A stretch of DNA of 64,000 nt from contig CBDBKM010000008.1 of NCBI GenBank assembly GCA_965206695.1, positions 64,001 to 128,000 of the forward strand, written 5' to 3'. The stretch is from Chlamydiales bacterium. GTDB lineage: Bacteria; Chlamydiota; Chlamydiia; Chlamydiales; JAAZZY01. A program made the position numbers and the translations under genes. Below the pieces are notes generated by a model. That model was not told the origin of the DNA. It was given only the letters and a program-made list of their open reading frames with translations, and did no database searches. This document shows positions 10,879-20,783 of the stretch, piece after piece (within the stretch, counting starts at the first letter, position 1; the number at the start of each line of letters is the position of its first letter).

Positions 10879-12900
10879 TTATAGTGCTTTATTTTTTAAT
10901 AATCGCAAACTATTTAACCCAACTAAAACGGTTCCTCCTTCATGAAGCACCACAGCTAGCCAAAGAGGGATCCAGCCTAAGAGAGCCGGTGTAGAAATAA
11001 AAACAATAATACCGGCTGCTAAAAAAACGTTTTCTTTTACAATCTGTTGAGTGGACTTAGCCTTTTTCAGTAACCAAGGAATAATAGTAAGCTTATCCTG
11101 AAGAAGGACAACATCCGAGGCATCGATAGCTGTTGTACTCCCCAACTTACCCATTGCAATTCCCACAGTAGCTCTAGCCAAAGCAGGAGCATCGTTAACA
11201 CCATCACCTACCATGACTAACCCACTATTTTTAGCTAGGTCAGCTACCATTCTCAGCTTATCTTCCGGCTTTAAATCAGAATGGTAATTGCCAATAGCTA
11301 ATTCTTCAGCTACTTTTTGAACACTTGTTTTATGATCTCCACTTAAGATATAAGACGAATAATTAGCTTTTTCTAAGTTCTTTAGCATCTCATTCGCTTC
11401 AGGCCTGGCAACATCCTGAAAATGAAATATTACAATTTTATTTTCAACCAAGAGAGCTGCTAAAATATGACCGTCTTGCATAGATAGTTGAGCTTGATCA
11501 GATAACTGACTTTTTCTTTGACCTGATAGTTTTTGAATAATAAAATCGATTTGACCAATAGCTACCGGAACATTCTTATCATTAATCATTACCTTAGCCT
11601 CTAAGCCATAACCTGATTGAGCTTTAAAAGCTTCTATTTCAATTGGCTCTATCTTCTTTTGAGAAGCGTAATCTATAATAGCAGTAGCAATCGGGTGCAT
11701 CGCATGCCTTTCTAAGGCCGCCGCAATAGCGATTGCCGTATCGATCTCTTCCGGAGATTGATTATCCAAACCTTTGATATCAATACAGGTTAAACTTCCT
11801 GTTGTAAGCGTTCCGGTTTTATCAAAAGCGATTGCTTGACAACCGGCTAAAGAATCTAAAGTAAGGCCCCCTTTTAATAATATCCCCTGCCTGGCACAAG
11901 CGCTAATAGCACTGAGATAAGCAATAGGGACTGCAATAATTAAAGCACATGGCGATGCCGCTATTAGAAAAGCTAAAGCTCGATAAATAGAGCCTTCCGA
12001 ACCTAAAAAATCTACGGATATAAAATAAGGAAGACTAACACCAAAAAAGAAAGCTAATAAAATAATCGTAATAGCATAGGCTCTACTAACTTTATCAAAC
12101 CAACGTTGTAACTTCGGTTTTTTAGACTGAGCTTCCCTAATTAAACGGATAATTCGAGATATAGTCGAATCGTTACTTTTACAAGTAATTTTTACGACTA
12201 AAGCCCCTTCCAAGTTATGTGCTCCTGCAGGAACAGCATCCCCTACCTTTTTTAGTACCGGTACATGTTCCCCTGTTAAATGAGCCAAATCCAAAGAAGA
12301 AGCCCCCTTAATAACGTCTCCATCCAGAGGAATAATTTCTCCGGATTTAATCATAATGTCGGTGCCTAATTGGATATCTTTTACCGAATATTGAATTAAG
12401 GTTCCATCAGGGTTAACCACCCAAGCCTTGGTAGGGGAGAGTTTATGTAAACTATTTAGAGTACCTCTTACTTTACTCATTACCGATTCTTCCATGGCTC
12501 CCGAAAAAGCAAATAAAACCAATAAAAGAGCTCCTTCCATACTGCTATCAATAACAATCGATAAAAAAGCAGCTAATACCATCAACACATCTATATTAAT
12601 TTCTAACTTTAAAATATCTTGAATAGCATGAATAAAAGCCGGAATACCAACAAAGCAATACACGAAGATTAAAGCGATATTAGAAAGAGGGAGCAGGCTT
12701 GAATAGAATGACAAGACAAATGAAAAAATTAATAGACAGGCAGACAATAACGATATTTTCAAAGAAAGATTTTTTGCCCAGGATCTGGATGATGAGGTCA
12801 AAAAGGGACTAATACTCTCCTCTTTGCCCGCGGCAAAGAACTCGTTAAATTGAAAGGGGTGCTCCGGGGCTATTAACTTTTGATAGAAGAGTTTGGACAT
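10879..12900 (-). CDS. Heavy-metal translocating P1B-type ATPase (ZntA/CadA-like)
   Basis: TGE, SPC, DKTGTLT, HP, GDGVNDAP and HEGGT motifs. Confidence 0.95.
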   Translation of the reverse strand: MSKLFYQKLIAPEHPFQFNEFFAAGKEESISPFLTSSSRSWAKNLSLKISLLSACLLIFSFVLSFYSSLLPLSNIALIFVYCFVGIPAFIHAIQDILKLEINIDVLMVLAAFLSIVIDSSMEGALLLVLFAFSGAMEESVMSKVRGTLNSLHKLSPTKAWVVNPDGTLIQYSVKDIQLGTDIMIKSGEIIPLDGDVIKGASSLDLAHLTGEHVPVLKKVGDAVPAGAHNLEGALVVKITCKSNDSTISRIIRLIREAQSKKPKLQRWFDKVSRAYAITIILLAFFFGVSLPYFISVDFLGSEGSIYRALAFLIAASPCALIIAVPIAYLSAISACARQGILLKGGLTLDSLAGCQAIAFDKTGTLTTGSLTCIDIKGLDNQSPEEIDTAIAIAAALERHAMHPIATAIIDYASQKKIEPIEIEAFKAQSGYGLEAKVMINDKNVPVAIGQIDFIIQKLSGQRKSQLSDQAQLSMQDGHILAALLVENKIVIFHFQDVARPEANEMLKNLEKANYSSYILSGDHKTSVQKVAEELAIGNYHSDLKPEDKLRMVADLAKNSGLVMVGDGVNDAPALARATVGIAMGKLGSTTAIDASDVVLLQDKLTIIPWLLKKAKSTQQIVKENVFLAAGIIVFISTPALLGWIPLWLAVVLHEGGTVLVGLNSLRLLKNKAL

Positions 12901-12932
12901 GACAACTAAATTTTATTAAGAGAATTAAGTAA

Positions 12933-13694
12933 TTACGATAGAATTAAGTATAATACCCAATTCATCAAAAAATAGACAATACCAAAGGCTAATATAGTAA
13001 TAGCTATATTCCAAATAAATGAAGGTAAGAGCGCATTTTTTTGTAATTTCGAGATAATTGTCCCGGTAAAGGCAATAACTGCGCCGGCAGCTATTTCTAT
13101 ACCAAAATCGGGAATAAAGAACAAGCCGATAGCAAGGATAACAACAGAAAAAAGAACCCCTATACCTGCAGCAATACCTTGTTTGACAGGATGTTCATAG
13201 ACACCCACATTAAGTCCTAATTCTTCTTCAACCATAACACGTAAAAGGCGTTCGTCATCGGCCATTAATACATCGACAACATCATGTAATAACTTCCCTT
13301 CAAAACCCTTCGCAGCATAAAGAGCGGCCAACTCTTCACGTTCTTGTTCTCTATGATGTTCTATTTCGTATTTTTCCTCTTCGACTAGCCGGTGCAATCT
13401 TTCCAATCCGGACCAACCGGCCCAGATACTCCGTGATATTTTCCAAATCAAAAAGCCAAGGGAAAAAATGCCCAAAAGCAGCACCTGTTGATAAAAGGGC
13501 AATAACATTTGAGAAATTATCACGCCAATAATCATCAACGCAATAGCTGTTTCTCTAGCAGCATCAAAAGCTGCTAAAAAACTATCCGATATCTCTTCTC
13601 CATGAATTTCAGATGCTATTTGGGCCCGTTTATTTTGAATATGATCATAAGGTGTTTGACCTTCAAAATGGCTTTGATTGGCTTCAGCATTCAT
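12933..13694 (-). CDS. VIT1/CCC1 family metal transporter-like protein
   Basis: EREELAALYAAKGFEGKLL...MVEEELG cytosolic segment between transmembrane helices. Confidence 0.8.
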   Translation of the reverse strand: MNAEANQSHFEGQTPYDHIQNKRAQIASEIHGEEISDSFLAAFDAARETAIALMIIGVIISQMLLPFYQQVLLLGIFSLGFLIWKISRSIWAGWSGLERLHRLVEEEKYEIEHHREQEREELAALYAAKGFEGKLLHDVVDVLMADDERLLRVMVEEELGLNVGVYEHPVKQGIAAGIGVLFSVVILAIGLFFIPDFGIEIAAGAVIAFTGTIISKLQKNALLPSFIWNIAITILAFGIVYFLMNWVLYLILS

Positions 13695-13701
13695 CGATTT
13701 A

Positions 13702-14985
13702 CTATCTCACTAATATTTTTTCTAACAGGGTAATCAAATCGGTATAATCTGAGCAAGCAGCAAGCTCTCTAGTAGAATGCATAGATAATTGCGCACACCC
13801 TATATCCACTAGTTGAATACCGGACTGTGTTTCAAAAACGGGACCCAAAGAAGCCCCGGCTCTTAAATCCGTTCGTCTAACATAATGCTGATATTTGAGT
13901 TTATTAGCCTCACAAATTCTTACCACTTCTCCGGCAGTTATCGCATTACTTGCATAGGCATGCTGAGCATCTGCTTTCACAACAATACCTTCACCTAAAA
14001 GAGGCGAGTGATTCGGTTCTGTAGCTGAGGCATAATTTGGATGTAAGCCATGAGCACCGTCGATTGATACCCCAAAAGCATTGGCTAATACTTTAAAATA
14101 ATCCTCTCGCCCTTCACCGGTTGAAAGAATAATGCGCTCAAGGCAATGAGAAGCAAAAGGAGAGGCGGCTCCCTGGCCGGTGGATGACCCTATTTCTTCA
14201 TTATCCCAAAACACAGCCATTTTTAAATGATGAGAGCCGGACTTCTTTGCTCGAACAAGAGCTTGTATACCGGCAAAAGCGCTCAGTAAATTATCTATAC
14301 GTCCGGAGGCAAACAGCTCTTGATTATAACCTATTAGCTTCGGTTCCTCTAAGGGGTATAAAAATAATTCGTGGCTCAAGATTTTTGAAAATGCAAGCTT
14401 TTTTTTTAACAAATATTCAAGATAAGAACCTTTTTTGTTAAATCCAATAGCTGCAATCGCATTAAGATGGTCTTGAGGATTTAGGATAAGCCCTTTTTGA
14501 TTCACCTTATTATCTAAATGAATCGCCAGTTGAGGAATCACTAATGGACTATCTTCGATATGCACCAGCTTTTCTTTTAACCCTTTATTCTTATCTAAGT
14601 AAACAACCCTACCTGCAATACCCAGATCTCTATTTAACCAGGAAGAGTATAAAGGCCCCCCATAGACTTCTACTCCAAAGAGAGTCATATTCTCCTTTTG
14701 AATTTCGGGAGTTGGTTTAAGACGCAATAAGGGGCTATCGATATGGCTAGCCAGTAACGTTGTCGAACGAATCCCTTTTTCAGGGAGAATAAAGGCTATT
14801 AAGCTAGAATCATTACGAAGAACAAAATATTTTCCCTTAGGCTTTAATTTCCAATTATCTTTTTCTTTAAGCTCTTCAAAGCCTTCATTTTTTAACAGTG
14901 CTTGCATTTCGCTACTCGCATGCCATGCAGTAGGAGAGCGTTTTAAGAAAGTAAAGAGTTTTTTTATTTTTTCAGACATATTCAA
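13702..14985 (-). CDS. M18 family aminopeptidase
   Basis: SPTAWH, SHIDSP, GVEVYGG, RIDNL, DNEEIGS, HGLHPNY and LSMHSTRE motifs. Confidence 0.93.
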   Translation of the reverse strand: MNMSEKIKKLFTFLKRSPTAWHASSEMQALLKNEGFEELKEKDNWKLKPKGKYFVLRNDSSLIAFILPEKGIRSTTLLASHIDSPLLRLKPTPEIQKENMTLFGVEVYGGPLYSSWLNRDLGIAGRVVYLDKNKGLKEKLVHIEDSPLVIPQLAIHLDNKVNQKGLILNPQDHLNAIAAIGFNKKGSYLEYLLKKKLAFSKILSHELFLYPLEEPKLIGYNQELFASGRIDNLLSAFAGIQALVRAKKSGSHHLKMAVFWDNEEIGSSTGQGAASPFASHCLERIILSTGEGREDYFKVLANAFGVSIDGAHGLHPNYASATEPNHSPLLGEGIVVKADAQHAYASNAITAGEVVRICEANKLKYQHYVRRTDLRAGASLGPVFETQSGIQLVDIGCAQLSMHSTRELAACSDYTDLITLLEKILVR

Positions 14986-16005
14986 TTACATAATCTTTGC
15001 TGCTTTTTCGAGCAAGTAAAGAGCCCACTCTTTATCTTTTAGTCGCTCTTTTTTAAATTCCAGGATCATTGGCTGCTTTTTTTTCAACATATGAAGGTAG
15101 GCTGAATCATAATAGGCAAGAATCAAATAGATAGCTTGTTCGAATTGACCTTGTTCAATAGCTCGCACTGCTTCCTTAGTCCTTTGACCTCCCAACTTTT
15201 TTTGAATACGCGTTGTTGCTCTGATTAATTCCTCTTTATCATATAAGCCGTACTGAGTATAGATTTTCGAGCATCTCTCTTTAATAGGACGATGAATAAA
15301 TAGATGATAAGCTTTTTGCATGCTTTTATAAAATGAATCCGGAATATGGCAAGTTCCGATTAACTTGCTCTCATCTTCTATCCATATGGGTTTATCCGGA
15401 TCAAAAGAGTTGAGTAAACAAGCCAGTTGATTTTCAAAATGCTCAGTACCGGGCTGCTGAACTCTACCAATCATACCATAGCTGCTCCCTCTGTGATTGG
15501 CCAGTTCTTCCAGATCAATAATCTGTTCACCTAATAGAGCCATTTGCTTTAAAATATCTGTCTTTCCACTGCCGGTAAAACCACTGAGGCAAATAAGTGG
15601 CCATTCTCTTTCAAATAACTGCATACCCCATCGTCGAAATTCTTTATATCCTCCCTTTAACGTGATAACTGAAAGCCCAATAAAATCGAACAACCATGCC
15701 ATTGCACGACTCCGTAGCCCGCCTCTAAAACAATAAATTTTACCTACTTGATTGCCTAAAGTCAACTTGGCTTCTTGAGCCAGCATTTTCATTTTAGGCC
15801 CGACTAAGCCAAGCCCTTCTTCAATTGCGAGCTCTCTTGATTGTTGTTTATAAATAGTGCCTACTCCGGATCTCTCTTCGTTTGAAAATAAGGGAATATT
15901 CAAAGCATCAGGAATATGAGCCTTTTGAAATTCTAAAGGACTTCTAACATCAACCATTTTACCCTTAAAGGCTAAAAAAGTTGGCACATCATTGTAGATT
16001 TCCAT
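14986..16005 (-). CDS. mnmH: tRNA 2-selenouridine synthase (SelU/MnmH/YbbB)
   Basis: Rhodanese domain DVRSPLEF...YCFRGGLRS...LKGGYK plus P-loop GFTGSGKT, DLEELANHRGS and EDES. Confidence 0.93.
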   Translation of the reverse strand: MEIYNDVPTFLAFKGKMVDVRSPLEFQKAHIPDALNIPLFSNEERSGVGTIYKQQSRELAIEEGLGLVGPKMKMLAQEAKLTLGNQVGKIYCFRGGLRSRAMAWLFDFIGLSVITLKGGYKEFRRWGMQLFEREWPLICLSGFTGSGKTDILKQMALLGEQIIDLEELANHRGSSYGMIGRVQQPGTEHFENQLACLLNSFDPDKPIWIEDESKLIGTCHIPDSFYKSMQKAYHLFIHRPIKERCSKIYTQYGLYDKEELIRATTRIQKKLGGQRTKEAVRAIEQGQFEQAIYLILAYYDSAYLHMLKKKQPMILEFKKERLKDKEWALYLLEKAAKIM

Positions 16006-16046
16006 TGGTCTTCTTTTTTTTGTCGGGAGCTGTCAAGATTCCTAAG

Positions 16047-17336
16047 TCAACAACTCTCTTCCGGCGGCTTAAGTACCTCAACACCTCCCAAATAAGGGAT
16101 TAAAGCCTTAGGTAAGGTAATCGATCCGTCCGCATTCTGATTGTTTTCTAAAAGAGCTACCATTAATCTGGAAGTAGCCAAGCCCGAACCATTTAATGTA
16201 TGAACAAGCCGGGGTTTCTCTCCTTTTTCACGATGGCGCACATTTGATCTGCGAGCTTGAAAATCGGTACAGTTAGAAACCGAAGAGACTTCATAATACC
16301 GATCTTGTCCGGGCAACCAAACCTCTAAATCGACTGTTTTAGCAGCAGAAAAAGACATATCCCCTGTTACCAATAACATAACACGATAGTGAAGCTCCAA
16401 TAACTTCAAAATCTCTTCTGCACTATTAATAAAAGAATCAAAAACTTGATTGCTTTGATCCGGCTTAGTAAAAGCAAACATTTCAACTTTATTAAATTGA
16501 TGCGTACGAATTAATCCTCTTTCTTGTTTTCCGGCAGCTCCGGCTTCTCTTCTAAAGCAAGGGGTATAAGCCACATATTTTAAAGGTAATTCTTCAGCAG
16601 ATAAAATTTCATCAAAATGTAGGGCATTTAAAGCAACCTCTGCTGTTGGAATAAGATAAAGAGGATTACCTTTTTCTTCTACACAATAGGCTTGACCTTC
16701 AAACTTAGGTAGCTGACCCGAAGCGAACATCATCTTTTTACGCACTAATAAGGGAGGGATCCACTGAATAAATCCATTTTTAACATGTATATCTATCATG
16801 AAGCAAATAAGAGCCCATTCTAATCCGGCCCCCAAAGATCTATAAGCCGGCCACCCCCCACCGGACACTTTAGCCGCACGCTCAAAATCAAATAAGCGAT
16901 GTATCTCATTTAATTCCAAATGATTCTTAAAAGGGAAATCAAATGAAGGTTTAATCCCTTCGTCTTTTAAACAGATATTATCTGCAACATTTGTTGAATC
17001 CTTAATCTCTTCTGTTGGTAGATTAGGTAAACAAGCGAGTTCAAAATTCAGCTTCTCTTTTATTGGACTCAATTCTTCTTCCAGACGAGCGATGTCATCA
17101 CCTTTTCCGGTTACTTGCTGCATCTTTTCGCCGGCATCTTCATTCTTTCGCTTTAATTCACCTATCATTTTCGAAATGGCATTGCGCTCAGCTTTTAAAG
17201 CCTCTACCTTCATTTTAAGATCTCTATATTGTTTATCTAATTGAATAACCTTAGATAAATCGACTTCCGGATCTTTTGTCTTGAGTTTCTTTGCAATTCC
17301 AACAGCATCTTCGCGAATCAATTTAATATCGAACAT
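16047..17336 (-). CDS. serS: Serine--tRNA ligase
   Basis: N-terminal coiled coil; YLIPTAEV, FRREAG, GLIRTHQFNKVE, EVSSVSNCTDFQARR and HTLNGSGLA motifs. Confidence 0.98.
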   Translation of the reverse strand: MFDIKLIREDAVGIAKKLKTKDPEVDLSKVIQLDKQYRDLKMKVEALKAERNAISKMIGELKRKNEDAGEKMQQVTGKGDDIARLEEELSPIKEKLNFELACLPNLPTEEIKDSTNVADNICLKDEGIKPSFDFPFKNHLELNEIHRLFDFERAAKVSGGGWPAYRSLGAGLEWALICFMIDIHVKNGFIQWIPPLLVRKKMMFASGQLPKFEGQAYCVEEKGNPLYLIPTAEVALNALHFDEILSAEELPLKYVAYTPCFRREAGAAGKQERGLIRTHQFNKVEMFAFTKPDQSNQVFDSFINSAEEILKLLELHYRVMLLVTGDMSFSAAKTVDLEVWLPGQDRYYEVSSVSNCTDFQARRSNVRHREKGEKPRLVHTLNGSGLATSRLMVALLENNQNADGSITLPKALIPYLGGVEVLKPPEESC

Positions 17337-17446
17337 GAATCATCCTTTAAAAATTCAAATTACTATGAAATAATGATACAAAAAAAAATGGTACGTCCGA
17401 TGATGATTAGTTTGTGTTTAAAAGTCAATTTCAACGCTTGAATTTC

Positions 17447-18957
17447 AGATCCTCCCGTTAAAAAGATATTTTTATAAAATGACTTCTAAAAATAAAGATC
17501 GATAATTTTTGGAATAAAAAACATCCTACCGATAAAGTCATCTCGGCTCACCCTCGATAAAAAAAAGTACACCCTTTAGAATCAAGACATTTTTTTGCAC
17601 TCGGCTCATTATGAAGTATCGAATAGATCTTTTAACTTCGCTCCTTTTTTATGTGCTATACATAAACAAATCTACCCGTGAATCAATATAAAAAATTAAA
17701 AATAAAGATCTTAGACGAGACCATAATACAATCTTTCTTTTCATTTTCTTTAATGCGTTTTGAAATAATCCGCAACATCTTTGCTGTACTTGACCCAATA
17801 AAAATGCCAAAAACATAAGTAACCCTAAAACATGACTGAGGTGTTTACAACCATGCCCAAAATTATGTTCAAATTGATAGCCTTGATTCTTAAGAGTATT
17901 AAACGTTTCATTTTCTATTTTCCGGCTTGCTCTACCTCCTTTTGCTAATTGATATACATTCTCTGTCGTTACCGTAATATCAGTCATCCAAGAAAAATGC
18001 CTTTTTTTGCCTTTTTTATCTGTTATCATACAATCAATAAAATTTAATTCTAAATCATGATGTTTATCATTAAGAGGAACACCGTTATAAAAACTAAGTT
18101 CGACGACTTCCTTGTCTGTTGTTATCGTTTTTTTCTTAAGAGGGCTCCTTTTACCAAGCGAATAAACCGGGATTACCCGGCGGTTTAGCTCCTACGATAA
18201 AGTGAGCTTCTATTGCCAAAATTTTTTGTAGATAAGGGCCTTTTGCAGACAATGCATCTTCCGTAAAAATGACTTCCAAACGGGAATGTTCTTTTTGAAA
18301 ATCGTTTTTAGTACTACCGTCTAATTTAGAGATCGGTTCGGGGCATAAAGGAAACACTTCTTTCCGGTCGGGATGAATAACTACTGCACCTAATATCTGA
18401 TGATAATAAGTCATACGACCGTCTCTAGAATGTTTTTCACAACAATTATCACAATGAACAGATGGTGAAGAAAACATACCCGTTCCGTCACACGTAATTA
18501 AAAAATACTTATTCAAAAATGTGTAATCTTCAAAAACTTTTCCTCTTTGAAGAAGAGAGAATACGGCAGTAAAAGCAGGTCTAATCCATCGAGAATCAAC
18601 TTGGTCAAGTCGTTCTCTCATACAAGTATCGGAAGGAATATTTGTAATATTGTAAAAAGTGCTTAAATTATGTTGAATGATCTCATCTTGACGTCCTTCA
18701 TCGAATTGTAGAAGTGAAGGAAACTAAACCGGACATCAAACAATCAGATAATGCAATTGTTGCTTTTAAACCTCTTGCATCTCGGTCTTTATTGGGAATC
18801 TTATTAAATACGGAACGAACCTTTAACAACATCCCTTTAACCGAAAGCCGGTTTTTCTCAATAGAATGCACTGCCGTATTTTTTTCTCCATTTTAAAAAA
18901 AATAATGAAAAAAAAGTATACATCATTGCGAAAAATTATTTAACGGGAATTGCCGGC
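17447..18957 (-). mobile_element. Degenerate DDE insertion sequence (ISNCY/ISDol1-like), transposase pseudogene
   Basis: Fragments IPSDT-MRERLD, DGTG-FSS, YYHQILGA and KIENETFNTLKNQGY-FEHNFGHG spread over several frames; imperfect ends ctcccgttaaa / tttaacgggaattgccgg. Family assignment tentative. Confidence 0.7.
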
Positions 18958-19128
18958 GGATTTACGACTACATGAGATTTGATACAGACGTTGCTTTCAC
19001 GGGCAGATTCGTGGGTAATATTTTTTTAGCAGAAAAAATTTACCGTGAAGGCTGCATGGGATTTTAAAGTGATAAATCATCAAAAATCAGTTTTTGCAAC
19101 ACTACGCGAGAACTCTAGAAATAGGGAT

Positions 19129-20066
19129 TATAGTCATTTAATTTTATATTGATAAGATTGCTTGATCAATGGCGAATTTAAAATTCGTAACTTTTCGTAA
19201 TATCTCTCTAACTTTATTTTTCATATTAGCCCAATATTTTTCTATAGGATTTAAGTCCGGAGAATATGGAGGAAGAAACATAAGCTTACAACCGGCAGAG
19301 TCTACTATTTTCCTGCTTTCCGCTGACTTGTAAAAACCGGCATTGTCAAGAATAAGAACACTACCGGGTGTAAGCTGAGGAGTCAAAACTTCCTTAAGCC
19401 AAATATTGAATAACCCGGTATTACAAGTACCTTCAAAACACATTGGAGATAAAAACTGCCCTTTAGATAGGGCTGAAATAATATTTTGCCTTATAAAGCG
19501 GTTTCCTGAAACCGCTCCAAAAACTTTTTTGCCGCGTAAGCTTCTTCCGGACTCACGAAATAAAAATTGATGAATCCCGGTTTCATCGAGATAAATTCTC
19601 TTGTCAAAGGGAATATTTTTTAAATCTTTCATAAAAGCTTCCCGTTTCTTTTCATCTCTTTCCTTATAGCGAGTAGTTTTTTTTTCGTGTAATTTTTAAT
19701 CTTTTAAGGGCATAAAAAATCGTTTGCGGAGTGACTGAAAAATAATCAGCAATTTCCGATAAAAAATAATCCGGATGTTTTTCTACATATTTAGATAACA
19801 ACTCATCATCTAATTTCTTATAAGCATATTTTCTGCGGATTGGCTTTAAATGTCCTTTTTGCTTTTTTTGCAAGATCCATCGATATATTGTTGCGATACC
19901 TACTTGAAAAATATGGCCGGCTGTTTTTTTATCATGATGTTTTTCTATATGTTGTCATACTGTCTCTCGAAGATCTACTGAATAGGCTCTAGGCATTGTT
20001 TTATCCTTACTGTTTGTATAAAAAAAGAAGGATAACATATTATCAAATAAAAATTAAAATACTATA
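19129..20066 (-). mobile_element. IS630-family element, copy A (inactivated)
   Basis: TA-flanked TIRs (tagtcatttaatttt / aaaattaaaatacta); DDE ORF with DETG, DNA and LPPYSPDLNPIE; early TGA in ORF A and an A9 rather than A10 slippage run. Confidence 0.95.
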
Positions 20067-20481
20067 CATCACAACTGCCCACTTCTTGTGTGGAAGACAA
20101 TGCCTCTAGGTTCCTTATATCTATTACTTCTTCATCTGATGATGTGATCGAAGGAGACTTTATTGCTTGTTCGATGGGTTGCATGGATGTATGGGATTGC
20201 TTTGAGGCCGTCTTGTGATTACAGGGGCTTCTGTTCTTGGAGCTTGAATCTGTCTTAATGCGGTTGATTCGACCGTATAAGCTTTCTTATCTTTTTTGTC
20301 TACAAGCTTTACAAACATTAGAAGCATTGGCTCCAATACAACCCCCTATAAGAGCTCCAATACCACCACCTACACAATTATTTATAAGGTCTGGACCGCA
20401 ACTACTAGTTTTTTTAAACGCGGATAAAAAGCTTGGAGGGTTAGGATGGTTCATATTTGATCCTGATGCTATACTTGTCAT
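20067..20481 (-). pseudogene. Orphan Ser/Pro-rich effector-like gene with an internal stop, cut by IS630
   Basis: The 64-aa ORF 20481-20287 continues in the same frame after one TAA (ESLYGRINRIKTDSS...EVGSCDV) up to the IS630 end. Confidence 0.5.
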
Positions 20482-20783
20482 GATAAAATCCTTTTTTTAG
20501 AAGTTTATTAAAATATTTATATTCACTTTATTTTTTAAATAGATAGTTTAATTTACTAATAATCAATAGTATAAAGCATGTAAATAATAATACAATATTC
20601 GATTAACAACAAATTAGAATCCATAAATTCAAATTGTCGTTTATATAGATGAAGAATCAGATCTAGTTAATATAAGTGATTATATAGAACCTGCTAAACA
20701 AGATAACGATATTTTCTGCTTGTATCTAAGTATTCAGGAATGGCATATGATTATGAATTATGAAATACCATTAATTATTTATT

